Source of the DNA: a candidate division FCPU426 bacterium
GTDB taxonomy: Bacteria; Oederibacteriota; Muellerivitia; Muellerivitales; Muellerivitaceae
Length of the DNA: 64,000 bases
Assembly: GCA_963738405.1 (NCBI GenBank)
Contig: CAVTWJ010000018.1
Coordinates: forward strand, 1-64,000
Direction of reading: 5' to 3'
In this document: positions 52,932 through 61,911 of the stretch, in pieces
Layout of the letters: each line of letters begins with the position of its first letter
Numbering within the stretch: position 1 is the stretch's first letter
Position numbers and translations under genes: made by a program
The notes under the pieces: generated by a model
Database searches by the model: none
The model's input: the letters and a program-made list of their open reading frames with translations, nothing else
Told to the model about the DNA's origin: nothing

Positions 52932-53408
52932 ATGATCAAGACGCTTTTCATCCAGACTTGGCCCTGGTGGGCCGGGGGTTTGGGAATCGGTTTGACCGCC
53001 TTAGGGTTGGCCTGGTTTACGGGAAAAAGGCTGGGGGTCACCGGCGGTTTTGAGGATGCCTGCGTCCTGATCGCCAAAGATAAAACCAAAGACGGTTGGA
53101 AATTCTTTTTCATTTTAGGTCTTCCCTTGGGCGGGGCCTTAGCCACCATCGGTCACTGGTCCTGGACCTTCCTTTTCGGACAGCTGGATGCCCTGACCAT
53201 GGGAAGCTTTTTCATCAAATTCATTTGGCTCTTTCTCGCCGGTATCATAGTAGGGTACGGGGCCCGCTGGGCGGGGGGATGTGTCAGCGGCAACAGCATC
53301 ATGGGTATTCCCCTGGGCAGCAAAATGTCCATTATCGCCACCGTGGGGTTTCTAACCGCGGGCATCCTGATGGCCCACATGATCTTCAAATTCTTTGGGG
53401 TGAACTGA
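52932..53408 (+). CDS. YeeE/YedE family sulfur-compound transporter, half 1
   Basis: GYGARWAGGCVSG. Confidence 0.85.
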   Translation: MIKTLFIQTWPWWAGGLGIGLTALGLAWFTGKRLGVTGGFEDACVLIAKDKTKDGWKFFFILGLPLGGALATIGHWSWTFLFGQLDALTMGSFFIKFIWLFLAGIIVGYGARWAGGCVSGNSIMGIPLGSKMSIIATVGFLTAGILMAHMIFKFFGVN

Positions 53409-53409
53409 T

Positions 53410-53925
53410 ATGGCCATTAAAAAACCCATTTCTAAACTCAAATTGAAAAAATCGGTTCGTAAAGCTCCGTCTGTTTCAAGCGCCTCATTTGAAACCTCCG
53501 TCAATCCATGGTTCCTGGGCGGTTTCGGCCTGCTCTTTGGCTACTTTCTTTCTAAATCCCAGGCCACCGATTATGACGCCATGATGGACATGTTCCGTTT
53601 TAAGAGCGTCCAATTGTGGGGCGTCATCGGGATGGCCATTTTCATTGTGTCCTTGGGGTTATTGATCCTTCCCTTGATCCATAAGCCGACCCTCTCCGGC
53701 AAGCCTTTAGATTGGAAGCCTTTAAAATTTCATCCCAATCGTATCTTTGGGGCGCTGGTTTTTGGCACGGGCTGGGCCCTCTCGGGAGCCTGTCCCGGTA
53801 CGGCCTTGACCCAAATCGGCGAAGGCAAGCTCATGGCCATCGCCACGGTGGGCGGCATCCTGGCCGGGGTCTGGCTTTACCGCAAATACCCAAGGGTGAG
53901 CGAAAAAGACGAAGAAGTGTGTTAA
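53410..53925 (+). CDS. YeeE/YedE family sulfur-compound transporter, half 2
   Basis: FGTGWALSGACPG. Confidence 0.85.
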   Translation: MAIKKPISKLKLKKSVRKAPSVSSASFETSVNPWFLGGFGLLFGYFLSKSQATDYDAMMDMFRFKSVQLWGVIGMAIFIVSLGLLILPLIHKPTLSGKPLDWKPLKFHPNRIFGALVFGTGWALSGACPGTALTQIGEGKLMAIATVGGILAGVWLYRKYPRVSEKDEEVC

Positions 53926-54668
53926 AAGGCCTCCATCCTTTTTTTTGCTGTCTGGTTCTTCTTTTTCCTTCCTGGGGCCTGTCGGCGGCACAGGGGATTG
54001 AAAACAACCTTTCTTACGACCCGGATGTCAGTCTCTCTCATTTTCCCTCCAAAATAGTTAACGACCTCCCGCATTTTTTCATCGATGAAAATATCGCTCC
54101 CCTCGCCGTGGGTACCGCGGCCACAGCATTGGATTGGAGCCTCCTGGACGGTCAAAATAGCCTGGCCGCGGATCTCCAAAACTGGAATACCCAGCCTCTT
54201 TTTGATTTCGGGGATTTCTACGGCGAAGGATGGGTGGAAGGCGGCTTAGGCCTAAGCGGGTGGGGCTTGGGAGCGCTCACGAACGACCTTAGGCTTCAAG
54301 AATTCGGACGGGACACCCTAGAGGCCCTGGCCTATGACGGGGTGGTGGCTGCGGGGTTCAAGTTCACGGTGCAAAGGCAGCGGCCCAGCGGGGGCAACAC
54401 CTATTCCTTCCCCTCGGGCCATTCCATCACGGCCTTTTGTTTCGCGCCCGTGGTCACAAAATACTGGGGCTGGGAAGCGGGCGCCGCCACTTATCTCTTG
54501 GGAACCATCGACGGGTTGGCCCGGGTGGAAGGCCATTACCATTACCTGTCGGATGTCTTTGCGGGGGCGACCTTCGGCATCCTTATCGGCAACGCGGTGG
54601 TCTACACCCCCAAAGACATGATTGTCTCCATCGGGCTGGGCAGTTTGGAAGTGGGAATGAAATTCTAA
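53919..54668 (+). CDS. PAP2 family phosphatase
   Basis: K.TVQRQRP, SFPSGH, ARVEGHYHYLSDV; GTG start inferred. Confidence 0.9.
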   Translation: MLKGLHPFFCCLVLLFPSWGLSAAQGIENNLSYDPDVSLSHFPSKIVNDLPHFFIDENIAPLAVGTAATALDWSLLDGQNSLAADLQNWNTQPLFDFGDFYGEGWVEGGLGLSGWGLGALTNDLRLQEFGRDTLEALAYDGVVAAGFKFTVQRQRPSGGNTYSFPSGHSITAFCFAPVVTKYWGWEAGAATYLLGTIDGLARVEGHYHYLSDVFAGATFGILIGNAVVYTPKDMIVSIGLGSLEVGMKF

Positions 54669-54688
54669 ACAGGGCCGCCCCGGTGGTT

Positions 54689-55603
54689 TTAAGGTTTTTT
54701 CGCTCCATATTTCGAAAAAATATCCGTAATCGGCGGCAATCCCACGGCGTGGCCGAAGGGGGAAATGCCGTACATGTCCAGGATCGTGCTTAAGATACGG
54801 TAGTGGTTGATGGTTTCGGGGTATTTTCCGGGGCGGACCATCGCCCCATAGATGATGGTGGGTATCTGGTTGGCCTTGGTGCGCTTGTCGTCCTCATCCC
54901 ATGAAATGATCAAAAGGCTCTTGTTCGAGGGGTCTTGGCACCAATCGGCGTAGTCCGCGAGGCTCTTTTTAAGCCAGGTGTCGGCTTCTTTTGGGGACCC
55001 GTCGTGCATGTCGTGGTCCAGGTCGGGGATCACCCAGGAAACCGCCGGCAGGTCGTTGAAATTTTTCGGGAAAGCGCTAAAGGGCAGGTTGCAGGTCACA
55101 GGAACGTTGCCGCCCACCTGGAAATCGACCCAGGGGCAGTGCTTGCGGGCGTACCGGCCCGAAAAACAAACGGTGGAACCCATCGAGGGGAGGCCCTCCG
55201 AATAGCCCGCGAAGCCGTCACCCGCCGCCAAGAGGGAAGCCGCCATGTTGGGCGTGTTTCCCGCGTCCACCGGGCATTGGTCGTGCCCCGTCCCGTTTTG
55301 GGTGTAGGGATCGCCCGCGAAAAGGACCATGTAGTTCAGCTCGCTGTTGTGGCCCTCCGCGAAGGATTGGGTCATGTTGGCCCCGCCATCCGCCAAGGTG
55401 TTGAGGTAAGGCAGGGAAGAGCGCTTGCCCGGCCCCAAGATATTGTCGAAACTGCGGTTTTCCTCCATGACGATGACGATATGGGCCGGTTGGGGCGGTC
55501 TGGCGGGGGTAGAGTCCGGGGTTTGAAAGGCCGCTTGGGTTTGGGCCGCGCATAAACCCGCCGCCCCAAATAGGATGAAGAGCCATCGATAACTGTTTTT
55601 CAT
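54689..55603 (-). CDS. Secreted acid phosphatase (phosphoesterase family)
   Basis: Signal peptide, HIVIVMEENRS, YARKHCPW, DMHDG, WDED. Confidence 0.9.
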   Translation of the reverse strand: MKNSYRWLFILFGAAGLCAAQTQAAFQTPDSTPARPPQPAHIVIVMEENRSFDNILGPGKRSSLPYLNTLADGGANMTQSFAEGHNSELNYMVLFAGDPYTQNGTGHDQCPVDAGNTPNMAASLLAAGDGFAGYSEGLPSMGSTVCFSGRYARKHCPWVDFQVGGNVPVTCNLPFSAFPKNFNDLPAVSWVIPDLDHDMHDGSPKEADTWLKKSLADYADWCQDPSNKSLLIISWDEDDKRTKANQIPTIIYGAMVRPGKYPETINHYRILSTILDMYGISPFGHAVGLPPITDIFSKYGAKKP

Positions 55604-55669
55604 AAAGTCCCTCCGCGTTATTTAGGCAAACTCAAATTGAAAGAATATTATAAATCACCCCTGGCTGGG

Positions 55670-57397
55670 TTAACCCAGCCGGTCTAGTTCCTTACCCACC
55701 TCTTCCATCAAGGGCTCAATCATCTTTAGGCTGAAATCGAACTTGATCCCCGCCGATTTAAAAATCTCAGGCAGGGTTTGGGTCCCGCCGACCGCAAGGC
55801 CCTGCTTGTAGAGGCGCACCCCCTCTTTTTTGTCCCGCCGGAAGTTCTTCCAAACCTGAAGCGCGCCCAGCTGCGCAATGCCGTATTCGATGTAGTAAAA
55901 GGGCAGTTCGAAAATATGAAGCTGCCGGTGCCAAAGGGAGGCCTGTATTTCTTCCAGCCCCGTCCAATCCTCCGTCCCCCCAAATCGCTTCCGCAGGGAA
56001 ACCCAGTAAGCGGACCTTTCTTCCCGTTTGTGGTTCGGATGGGTGTAGATCCAGTGCTGAAAGGCGTCAATGGTGGCGATCCAGGGTAAGAGCAGGATCA
56101 CATCCTCCAAATGGCGCCGGATGGACCGGGTGGCGTCCTGGGGGTTGGGGTAAAACTCACCTAGATAAGGATCCCCCATCAATTCCATGCTCATGGAAGC
56201 CACCTCGCAAAATTCCATAGGCGCGTGGCGGTAAGGCGAAAAGGGAATCAACCGGGAAGCGAACCCATGCATGGCGTGCCCGCCTTCGTGAAGCAGGGTG
56301 CGCACGTCATTGTCCAAACCCACGGCGTTCATGAAAATAAAGGGCAGGCGGGTTTCCGATAATGTCGTGTTATAGCCTCCGGGGGCCTTGCCCTTGCGGG
56401 ATTCCAAATCCAAAAGGCCCAAGGTCCTCATGGTATTAAACTGGTCCCCAAATTGGGAGTCCACTTGTCTCAAGATTTTCTCGCAGGCCTCGACCAATGT
56501 TTCCATCTTCTCGAAAGGTTTCAGCGGCGGCTTTCCCTCCGGATCAACCGACAGGTCCCAAGGCCTTAAGGTCTCTAGGCCCATTTTTTCTGCGCGCTTT
56601 TTTTGTATCTTCAGAACTAAAGGACGGATAGCTTTTTCGGCGCTTTCGTGAAAGGCCTCGCAATCCGCCGGGGAATAATCAAATCGTTCCTTTCGACGGA
56701 AGACGTAATCGCGGTAATTGCCGAACCCGGCATTCGCCGAAATTTTGATTCTCAATTGAAGCATCTGATCGAAAAGCTCCTCAAATCTGGTCTTTTCTTT
56801 CAACCGCCGTTCGGCAGTCAAGCGCCAGGCTTCCTCCCGTGTTTTCCTGTCCGGCGATTCCAGGTAGCGCCCCATTTGCTGAAGGGTCTGCTCCTTGCCC
56901 TCGTATTGCACGGTCAGGGTGCCGCTGAGCTTTTGGTATTGCTGGGAAAGCTTTTCCACCTCTGTTTCCAATGGCACGTTTTCTTCCCGGTAGAGGGCCA
57001 GCTGGTTTTCCACCGACCTGTTGAAGAGGGAGAAACTCTGAGCAGGCAGTTGGGAACGATGTGGGCAATTCCAATACTTTTTAAGCAAGGCGAAAAAGCG
57101 GGGTTTGCTGGGTTCAGAAATGTTTTGAAGAAACTCCAGGTAAGCCTGCTCAGTTTGGGGGTCGTCGGTGGCGCAGGTCATGCGGACATAGCGAAGGGAC
57201 CCCTCTTCGTCCAGGGCATCCTCAAATTCCCCCAGATTCTTCAGCCAAAGTTCCAATTCCTTTGGGGTGGAAAGGGGCCGTTGTTCCAACTCCGTGAATA
57301 TTTTTTCCACCGTGGGCCAATCTCCCAGGTCAGCCTTCGAGGGAACAAATAAGCGGGGAAATTCGTGGGGCAGGGTTGCCGGGTCCAGCAAAGCCAT
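55670..57397 (-). CDS. M3 family oligoendopeptidase
   Basis: GKAPGGY, HEGGH, EVASMSME, PFYYIEY. Confidence 0.95.
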   Translation of the reverse strand: MALLDPATLPHEFPRLFVPSKADLGDWPTVEKIFTELEQRPLSTPKELELWLKNLGEFEDALDEEGSLRYVRMTCATDDPQTEQAYLEFLQNISEPSKPRFFALLKKYWNCPHRSQLPAQSFSLFNRSVENQLALYREENVPLETEVEKLSQQYQKLSGTLTVQYEGKEQTLQQMGRYLESPDRKTREEAWRLTAERRLKEKTRFEELFDQMLQLRIKISANAGFGNYRDYVFRRKERFDYSPADCEAFHESAEKAIRPLVLKIQKKRAEKMGLETLRPWDLSVDPEGKPPLKPFEKMETLVEACEKILRQVDSQFGDQFNTMRTLGLLDLESRKGKAPGGYNTTLSETRLPFIFMNAVGLDNDVRTLLHEGGHAMHGFASRLIPFSPYRHAPMEFCEVASMSMELMGDPYLGEFYPNPQDATRSIRRHLEDVILLLPWIATIDAFQHWIYTHPNHKREERSAYWVSLRKRFGGTEDWTGLEEIQASLWHRQLHIFELPFYYIEYGIAQLGALQVWKNFRRDKKEGVRLYKQGLAVGGTQTLPEIFKSAGIKFDFSLKMIEPLMEEVGKELDRLG

Positions 57398-57500
57398 GGA
57401 AGCCTCCAGACGAGGGATTAAGTGAAAGGCCGACTTTAACAAAGACGTAATGGGAATAAAAGGTTGAGAAAATAGGTAAGTTTACGCGCTATGGTTTTGT

Positions 57501-57552
57501 TGTCATTGCGAGGAGCAGCCCCAATCGGGGCGGTTTGCGACGTGGCAATCTC
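57501..57552. repeat. REP/RPE-like palindromic element
   Basis: GTCATTGCGAGGAGC...GCGACGTGGCAATCTC; ATTGC/GCAAT arms with an inner GCCCC/GGGGC hairpin. Confidence 0.65.
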
Positions 57553-57614
57553 GGTTCGTTGGTTGCGTTGGTACATGGTTCGACTTTTAATGGGCGCCCC
57601 GTTATAATCCGGCC

Positions 57615-58628
57615 ATGACGGTTTATTCCTATTCCCGAATCAATACCTACTTCACCTGTCCCGCTCAATTCCAATACCGATACATCCTCAAGCTCCCTTC
57701 CCCCGTGGCCGAAGGGGTCGAGCTGTTTCTTGGCTCCCGTTTTCACGAGACCATGGAATATCTTTACCATCAGGTTCCCCAAAAGGTCCCCACGGTCAAC
57801 GAACTGATGGATTTTTTCAAGAAACACTGGGCCAACCACTATCAAGAGGCCATGGAAAAGCAAAAGCAGAAGCAGTTTTCAGACCCCTTAAGAATCACCC
57901 ACGAGGGCCAAACCGTGGAAGATTACTTCCAAAAGGGCCAGCTCTACCTGGAAAACTATTACCACCAGTACCATCCCTTCGACCAGGACAAGACCGAAGC
58001 CATTGAAATGAGGGTGGCTTTCGATTTGGATCCCCAAAAGCAGTACCGCATGCAGGGCTACATCGACCGCCTGGGCCGGGACGATGAGGGAGTGCTTTGG
58101 ATCCACGACTACAAGACCAGCTCCCGCAAAATAAGCGAGGAAGACGTAAAGAACGAGGACCAATTGGCCCTTTACCAGATCGGCCTGTCCCAGCATCCCC
58201 GCTTTGGGGCCAAGGAAAAGATCAAGCACATCTGGCATTTCGTGGCTTTTGAGAAGGACCAGGTGGTGGGGGAGCGCAACGCCAAGGAAATCGAATGGCT
58301 TAAAACGAAATACATCAGCAAGATCAAGACCATCGAAAAGGCCCAGGACTTTCCCACCAAAACCAGCCCCCTTTGCGGCTGGTGTGAATACCTAAGCCTT
58401 TGCGCCGATGGGCAAGCCTCCGTGCAAAACAAGAAACGCATCAAGGAAGAAAAGGCCGCCGCCCAAAACCCTGAAAAATCAAAAACCGAAAAGGCGCCGG
58501 TCATCGTTTCGGAAATTTCCAAGCCTATCCCTGAGCCGGTCCCCGCCTCAGTTTCTCCAGAAACAGCCCTTAAATCAAAGCGCCGAAAAGGCGCTTATGT
58601 CTCCCAGGATCAACTCACACTCTTCTAA
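57615..58628 (+). CDS. PD-(D/E)XK nuclease, RecB/Cas4-like with Fe-S cysteines
   Basis: SYSRINTYFTCP, GSRFHE, GYIDR, DYKT, QLALY, CGWCEYLSLC. Confidence 0.9.
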   Translation: MTVYSYSRINTYFTCPAQFQYRYILKLPSPVAEGVELFLGSRFHETMEYLYHQVPQKVPTVNELMDFFKKHWANHYQEAMEKQKQKQFSDPLRITHEGQTVEDYFQKGQLYLENYYHQYHPFDQDKTEAIEMRVAFDLDPQKQYRMQGYIDRLGRDDEGVLWIHDYKTSSRKISEEDVKNEDQLALYQIGLSQHPRFGAKEKIKHIWHFVAFEKDQVVGERNAKEIEWLKTKYISKIKTIEKAQDFPTKTSPLCGWCEYLSLCADGQASVQNKKRIKEEKAAAQNPEKSKTEKAPVIVSEISKPIPEPVPASVSPETALKSKRRKGAYVSQDQLTLF

Positions 58629-58665
58629 TTGTTAGAGCGTTCAATCCAAGGCAAAAAATCGATTC

Positions 58666-60798
58666 TTACTTTTCCACCGATTGGGTCTGGGCGTGGATCA
58701 GCTTTTCCAGGGCCTCCTGGAGCGCCGGGTTTTTCTCTTCCATGATCTTTTCCACGAAATGCCAAGCCTCAGGTTTTTGAAGCTGGATCAAGGCCTCAAT
58801 CGCCGCCAGCCTAATATCCAACGAGTAGGTCTTTCCCCTTAAAAGGGGTTTCTTCCGGGCGAAATCCTCCAGCGTTTCCATAGCCGAGGGGTCCTTCATA
58901 TCCCCCAGGGCCTGGCAGACCGCCATAAGGTATTTCTCATTATCAGGAAACCGCCCCTCCCGCACCTTGGCCGCCTTGATCAAAACGGGGATCACGGCCT
59001 TAAAACCGATCTTTCCCGCGACCTTAGCCGCCATGGCGGCGATTTCCTCCGAATCATCAAAGAGCGCGCAGCGCAGGGCCAGCCCCGCTGCTGGGTCCTT
59101 GAGCTGTTCGATCAAGCCTAGAAGATTCAATTTGAGCTCCCGGCTTCCACGGGCCAGCCACCCGGCCAGCAATAGCCCCAGCGATGGATCAAACCCCGAT
59201 ATGCGCAACAGAGGAAGAAGTGACTTCACCTGTTCTTCGGTATTCATATCCGCCAACTGTTCCCCTAGCGAAGACTGGAGGGGCTCTCGCAATTCGGAAA
59301 GTATGGGAAGGAGATTGGCTTTCTCGAAAGCGGGGGCCTTGGCGAAATCCTGAAGCAGAAGGGGCGCCGCCATTTCCCCCAGCAGGGGAAAGTGCCTAAG
59401 TTGGCCGGCTCGGAATGCGCAAGCCGCGAGTTTTCTCACCATCGCGGGGTTGGAACGCTCAAAGAGCCAGTGCCTCGCGATATGGGTTCGATCGGGAAAG
59501 GCGGTGCTGTCCTCATCGGCGTGAAAGTGCAGGGTCGCCAATAGCGTTAGCACATGCGACTCGTTCTTGGTCTGCAGGGCCGGATCCACCAGGTCCCAGG
59601 CCAACAAAAGGCCGCTTTGATAGAGGGAAGGGGAATTCTCATTTCCCAAAAGCGAATTTAGTTTCTCCAAAACCTGATCCACCAATTCCTGGCGGTGAAC
59701 CCAGGGCCGGGCGTCCATCAAATGGGTCAAGGAAAGTTCCCGTTCGTAGCGGTCTCCCGTCAGCCCCTCCGCCAAGCGACCCACGGTTTTTTCCACCAGT
59801 TCCGATTTTCCCTGGGCGCCCCAACGGGCCAGGCAGTCGTTCACCAACCCCGCGGTGGCGGGGTCAAATAAAACTTGGGTCCAGCCGTTTTCCACGGCCG
59901 TTTCCATCAAGGGCACCATGGCTTCCACCGTGTCCTTTTCCAACAGTTCGCCGTCAGAAGCCTTGAACCATTTGGCGATATGCTCAAACTCCGGGCCGTT
60001 CTGTTCGACCCGGCTTAGAAGGCGGTCAAAAAGTTTCTCAAAGGAAAGAGCCAAGGCCGCAGATTCGGAACTGGCGCCCACCATGCTTCGCTGAAGCTGG
60101 GCGTGTTGCCAGGCCTCCGCCACGAAAGAAAGAAGCGTGACCCTCGCGGAAATGTCTTTGGTATCCATGGCTGCGGGAGAAGGGATGGGAGGCAGGAGGG
60201 AGGATTCAATATTAAAGGAAGGCGAAGGGGCCGCGAAAACCGGCATGGGTTCGACCGGAGCCGATTTCACCGCCGGTGTTGGCTCTGCAATAGGCAATGA
60301 GGCGGCGGAAATTTCCGTGAGGGGTGGAACCGTGGCGGCTACTTCCTTCACGGGTGAGGCCACAATTTCAAAATCCCGCGTCTCATTTTCCTCCAGCATG
60401 CGCAAATGGGGGGTATGGTCGATTAAATCTTTGTTGGGTTTCGCTACCGGAAGGGTTGCCCATTTCAGCCAGAGCACCAATTCACCCACGGTGCAATGGG
60501 GCTTCACCTCTAAGCCGCCGATGCCTTTGTTTTCCAGCATCTCGGTGAAGTCGAACATCTCGGCCCATTCGGATCCGTTTAAAAATAATTTCGAATCCCG
60601 CCTCCAAATAATCAAAAGGCTGACCTTTTCCGCCATGCGGACCAAGGCCTTGTGGAGTTTTTGGATGGATTGAGCCACGAAGGGGCTTTCGACGGAATAA
60701 AAAGAAACGTAACTCAGAGCCGTTTTCAAATCGTGGCCCAGTAAAGGAAGCTGGGACAGGTCATTTTCGGGAACGGCAACCGCTTGAACTTTAGGCAT
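58666..60798 (-). CDS. HEAT-repeat domain protein
   Basis: All-helical C-terminus (ALFDDSEEIAAMAAKVAGKIG; IRLAAIEAL); Pro-rich linker. Confidence 0.75.
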   Translation of the reverse strand: MPKVQAVAVPENDLSQLPLLGHDLKTALSYVSFYSVESPFVAQSIQKLHKALVRMAEKVSLLIIWRRDSKLFLNGSEWAEMFDFTEMLENKGIGGLEVKPHCTVGELVLWLKWATLPVAKPNKDLIDHTPHLRMLEENETRDFEIVASPVKEVAATVPPLTEISAASLPIAEPTPAVKSAPVEPMPVFAAPSPSFNIESSLLPPIPSPAAMDTKDISARVTLLSFVAEAWQHAQLQRSMVGASSESAALALSFEKLFDRLLSRVEQNGPEFEHIAKWFKASDGELLEKDTVEAMVPLMETAVENGWTQVLFDPATAGLVNDCLARWGAQGKSELVEKTVGRLAEGLTGDRYERELSLTHLMDARPWVHRQELVDQVLEKLNSLLGNENSPSLYQSGLLLAWDLVDPALQTKNESHVLTLLATLHFHADEDSTAFPDRTHIARHWLFERSNPAMVRKLAACAFRAGQLRHFPLLGEMAAPLLLQDFAKAPAFEKANLLPILSELREPLQSSLGEQLADMNTEEQVKSLLPLLRISGFDPSLGLLLAGWLARGSRELKLNLLGLIEQLKDPAAGLALRCALFDDSEEIAAMAAKVAGKIGFKAVIPVLIKAAKVREGRFPDNEKYLMAVCQALGDMKDPSAMETLEDFARKKPLLRGKTYSLDIRLAAIEALIQLQKPEAWHFVEKIMEEKNPALQEALEKLIHAQTQSVEK

Positions 60799-61128
60799 AG
60801 AAACCTCCAGGAAGGTAAAAGATGCCGTATTTCATGCGGTAGTTGAGATGTTTGGGAAAGGAGGGAAGGGAACCCTCAAGCTCAAATTAGCACTCGGGGT
60901 GGAGGCCCAACAGCGAAAAAGGGCTTTTTTAGGGCCTTTCGTTTTCCCGGCGGGATGTTGTTGAACGTTTTCTGAAAACGTTCAGACATGAAGAGAGGAT
61001 GAATTTTAGAGTTATTGTTCCTGTTCGGGACTGTGGTGGCGAAACCTTAGGTGATAAAAATGAGCAATTTTTAAATCGGAACTATATTTTGACTTTCTAA
61101 AACACCCAAACATACCCCAATTCTTTTT

Positions 61129-61198
61129 GCCACAGATTCATGGGATAAATGGGATTAGTTTTTAAGATTTCATCCAATTCATCTCATGCATCTGTGGC
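61129..61198. repeat. Long imperfect hairpin GCCACAGAT...ATCTGTGGC
   Basis: 27-nt arms, 23/27 complementary. Confidence 0.7.
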
Positions 61199-61395
61199 TA
61201 AATAGTTTTGCTGTTTTTGTTTAGTCCTTTGTCGCAAATAGCGTAAGCCCGTTATGAATTTCCGATTCCGCCCATTTTCAAGAAAAAGAACCCTTGTCCT
61301 ATTTTTTTTATGAGTAGTGTCATAAAAATTTTCACCGAATGCCTGTAGCTTGCCCCAGTCGAAGCTATTAACCTCTATGGATTTGGAGGGAAACC

Positions 61396-61911
61396 ATGGT
61401 TTCCTTATCTCCCGCCCCCGCCGCCCCCGCTATCCCGAAAAATGACCCGAGAATCCGGCGGATCATGACCCTCATGAACGCCTCCGGCAAAAAGCGCGAT
61501 GCCCTGATCCAGGTGCTTCACGCGGTTCAGGAACTATTCGGCTATCTGCCCCGGCAGGTCATTGAGATGATCGCCAAGGAGCTTCGCCTCCCCGCCTCCC
61601 AGGTCTATGGGGTCGTCACCTTTTACCATTTCTTTACCCTCAAGCCCCACGGCGAGCACACCTGCGTGGTTTGCACGGGAACGGCCTGCTACGTGAAGGG
61701 TGCCCACGCCTTGCTGGATGAGATGAACAAGGGCTTCCAAATCAAGCCGGGGGATGTCACCAAGGACAACAAGCTGGGCCTTCAAACCGCCCGCTGCATC
61801 GGCTCCTGCGGGCTGGCCCCCGCGGTGGTTTATGACGGCGAGGTTATGCCCCGCATGAAACCGGAAGATATCGTCGCGAAAATGCGGGAGAAGCTGGGGG
61901 TGACAGCATGA
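61396..61911 (+). CDS. hoxE: Bidirectional hydrogenase diaphorase subunit HoxE (NuoE-like)
   Basis: YGVVTFYHFF.LKP.GEHTCVVCTGTACYVKG, RCIGSCG. Confidence 0.85.
   Translation: MVSLSPAPAAPAIPKNDPRIRRIMTLMNASGKKRDALIQVLHAVQELFGYLPRQVIEMIAKELRLPASQVYGVVTFYHFFTLKPHGEHTCVVCTGTACYVKGAHALLDEMNKGFQIKPGDVTKDNKLGLQTARCIGSCGLAPAVVYDGEVMPRMKPEDIVAKMREKLGVTA

Noticed and set aside
57615..58628. CRISPR-associated Cas4
   Set aside because: No cas1/cas2 or array nearby; treated as a solo nuclease
60887..60913. CIRCE (HrcA) operator
   Set aside because: Only the left half TTAGCACTC is present; no GAGTGCTAA at 9-bp spacing and no chaperone gene adjacent
61315..61340. Rex operator upstream of hoxE
   Set aside because: GTGTCATAAAAATTTTCAC matches TTGTGAA-N4-TTCACAA poorly in sequence and spacing
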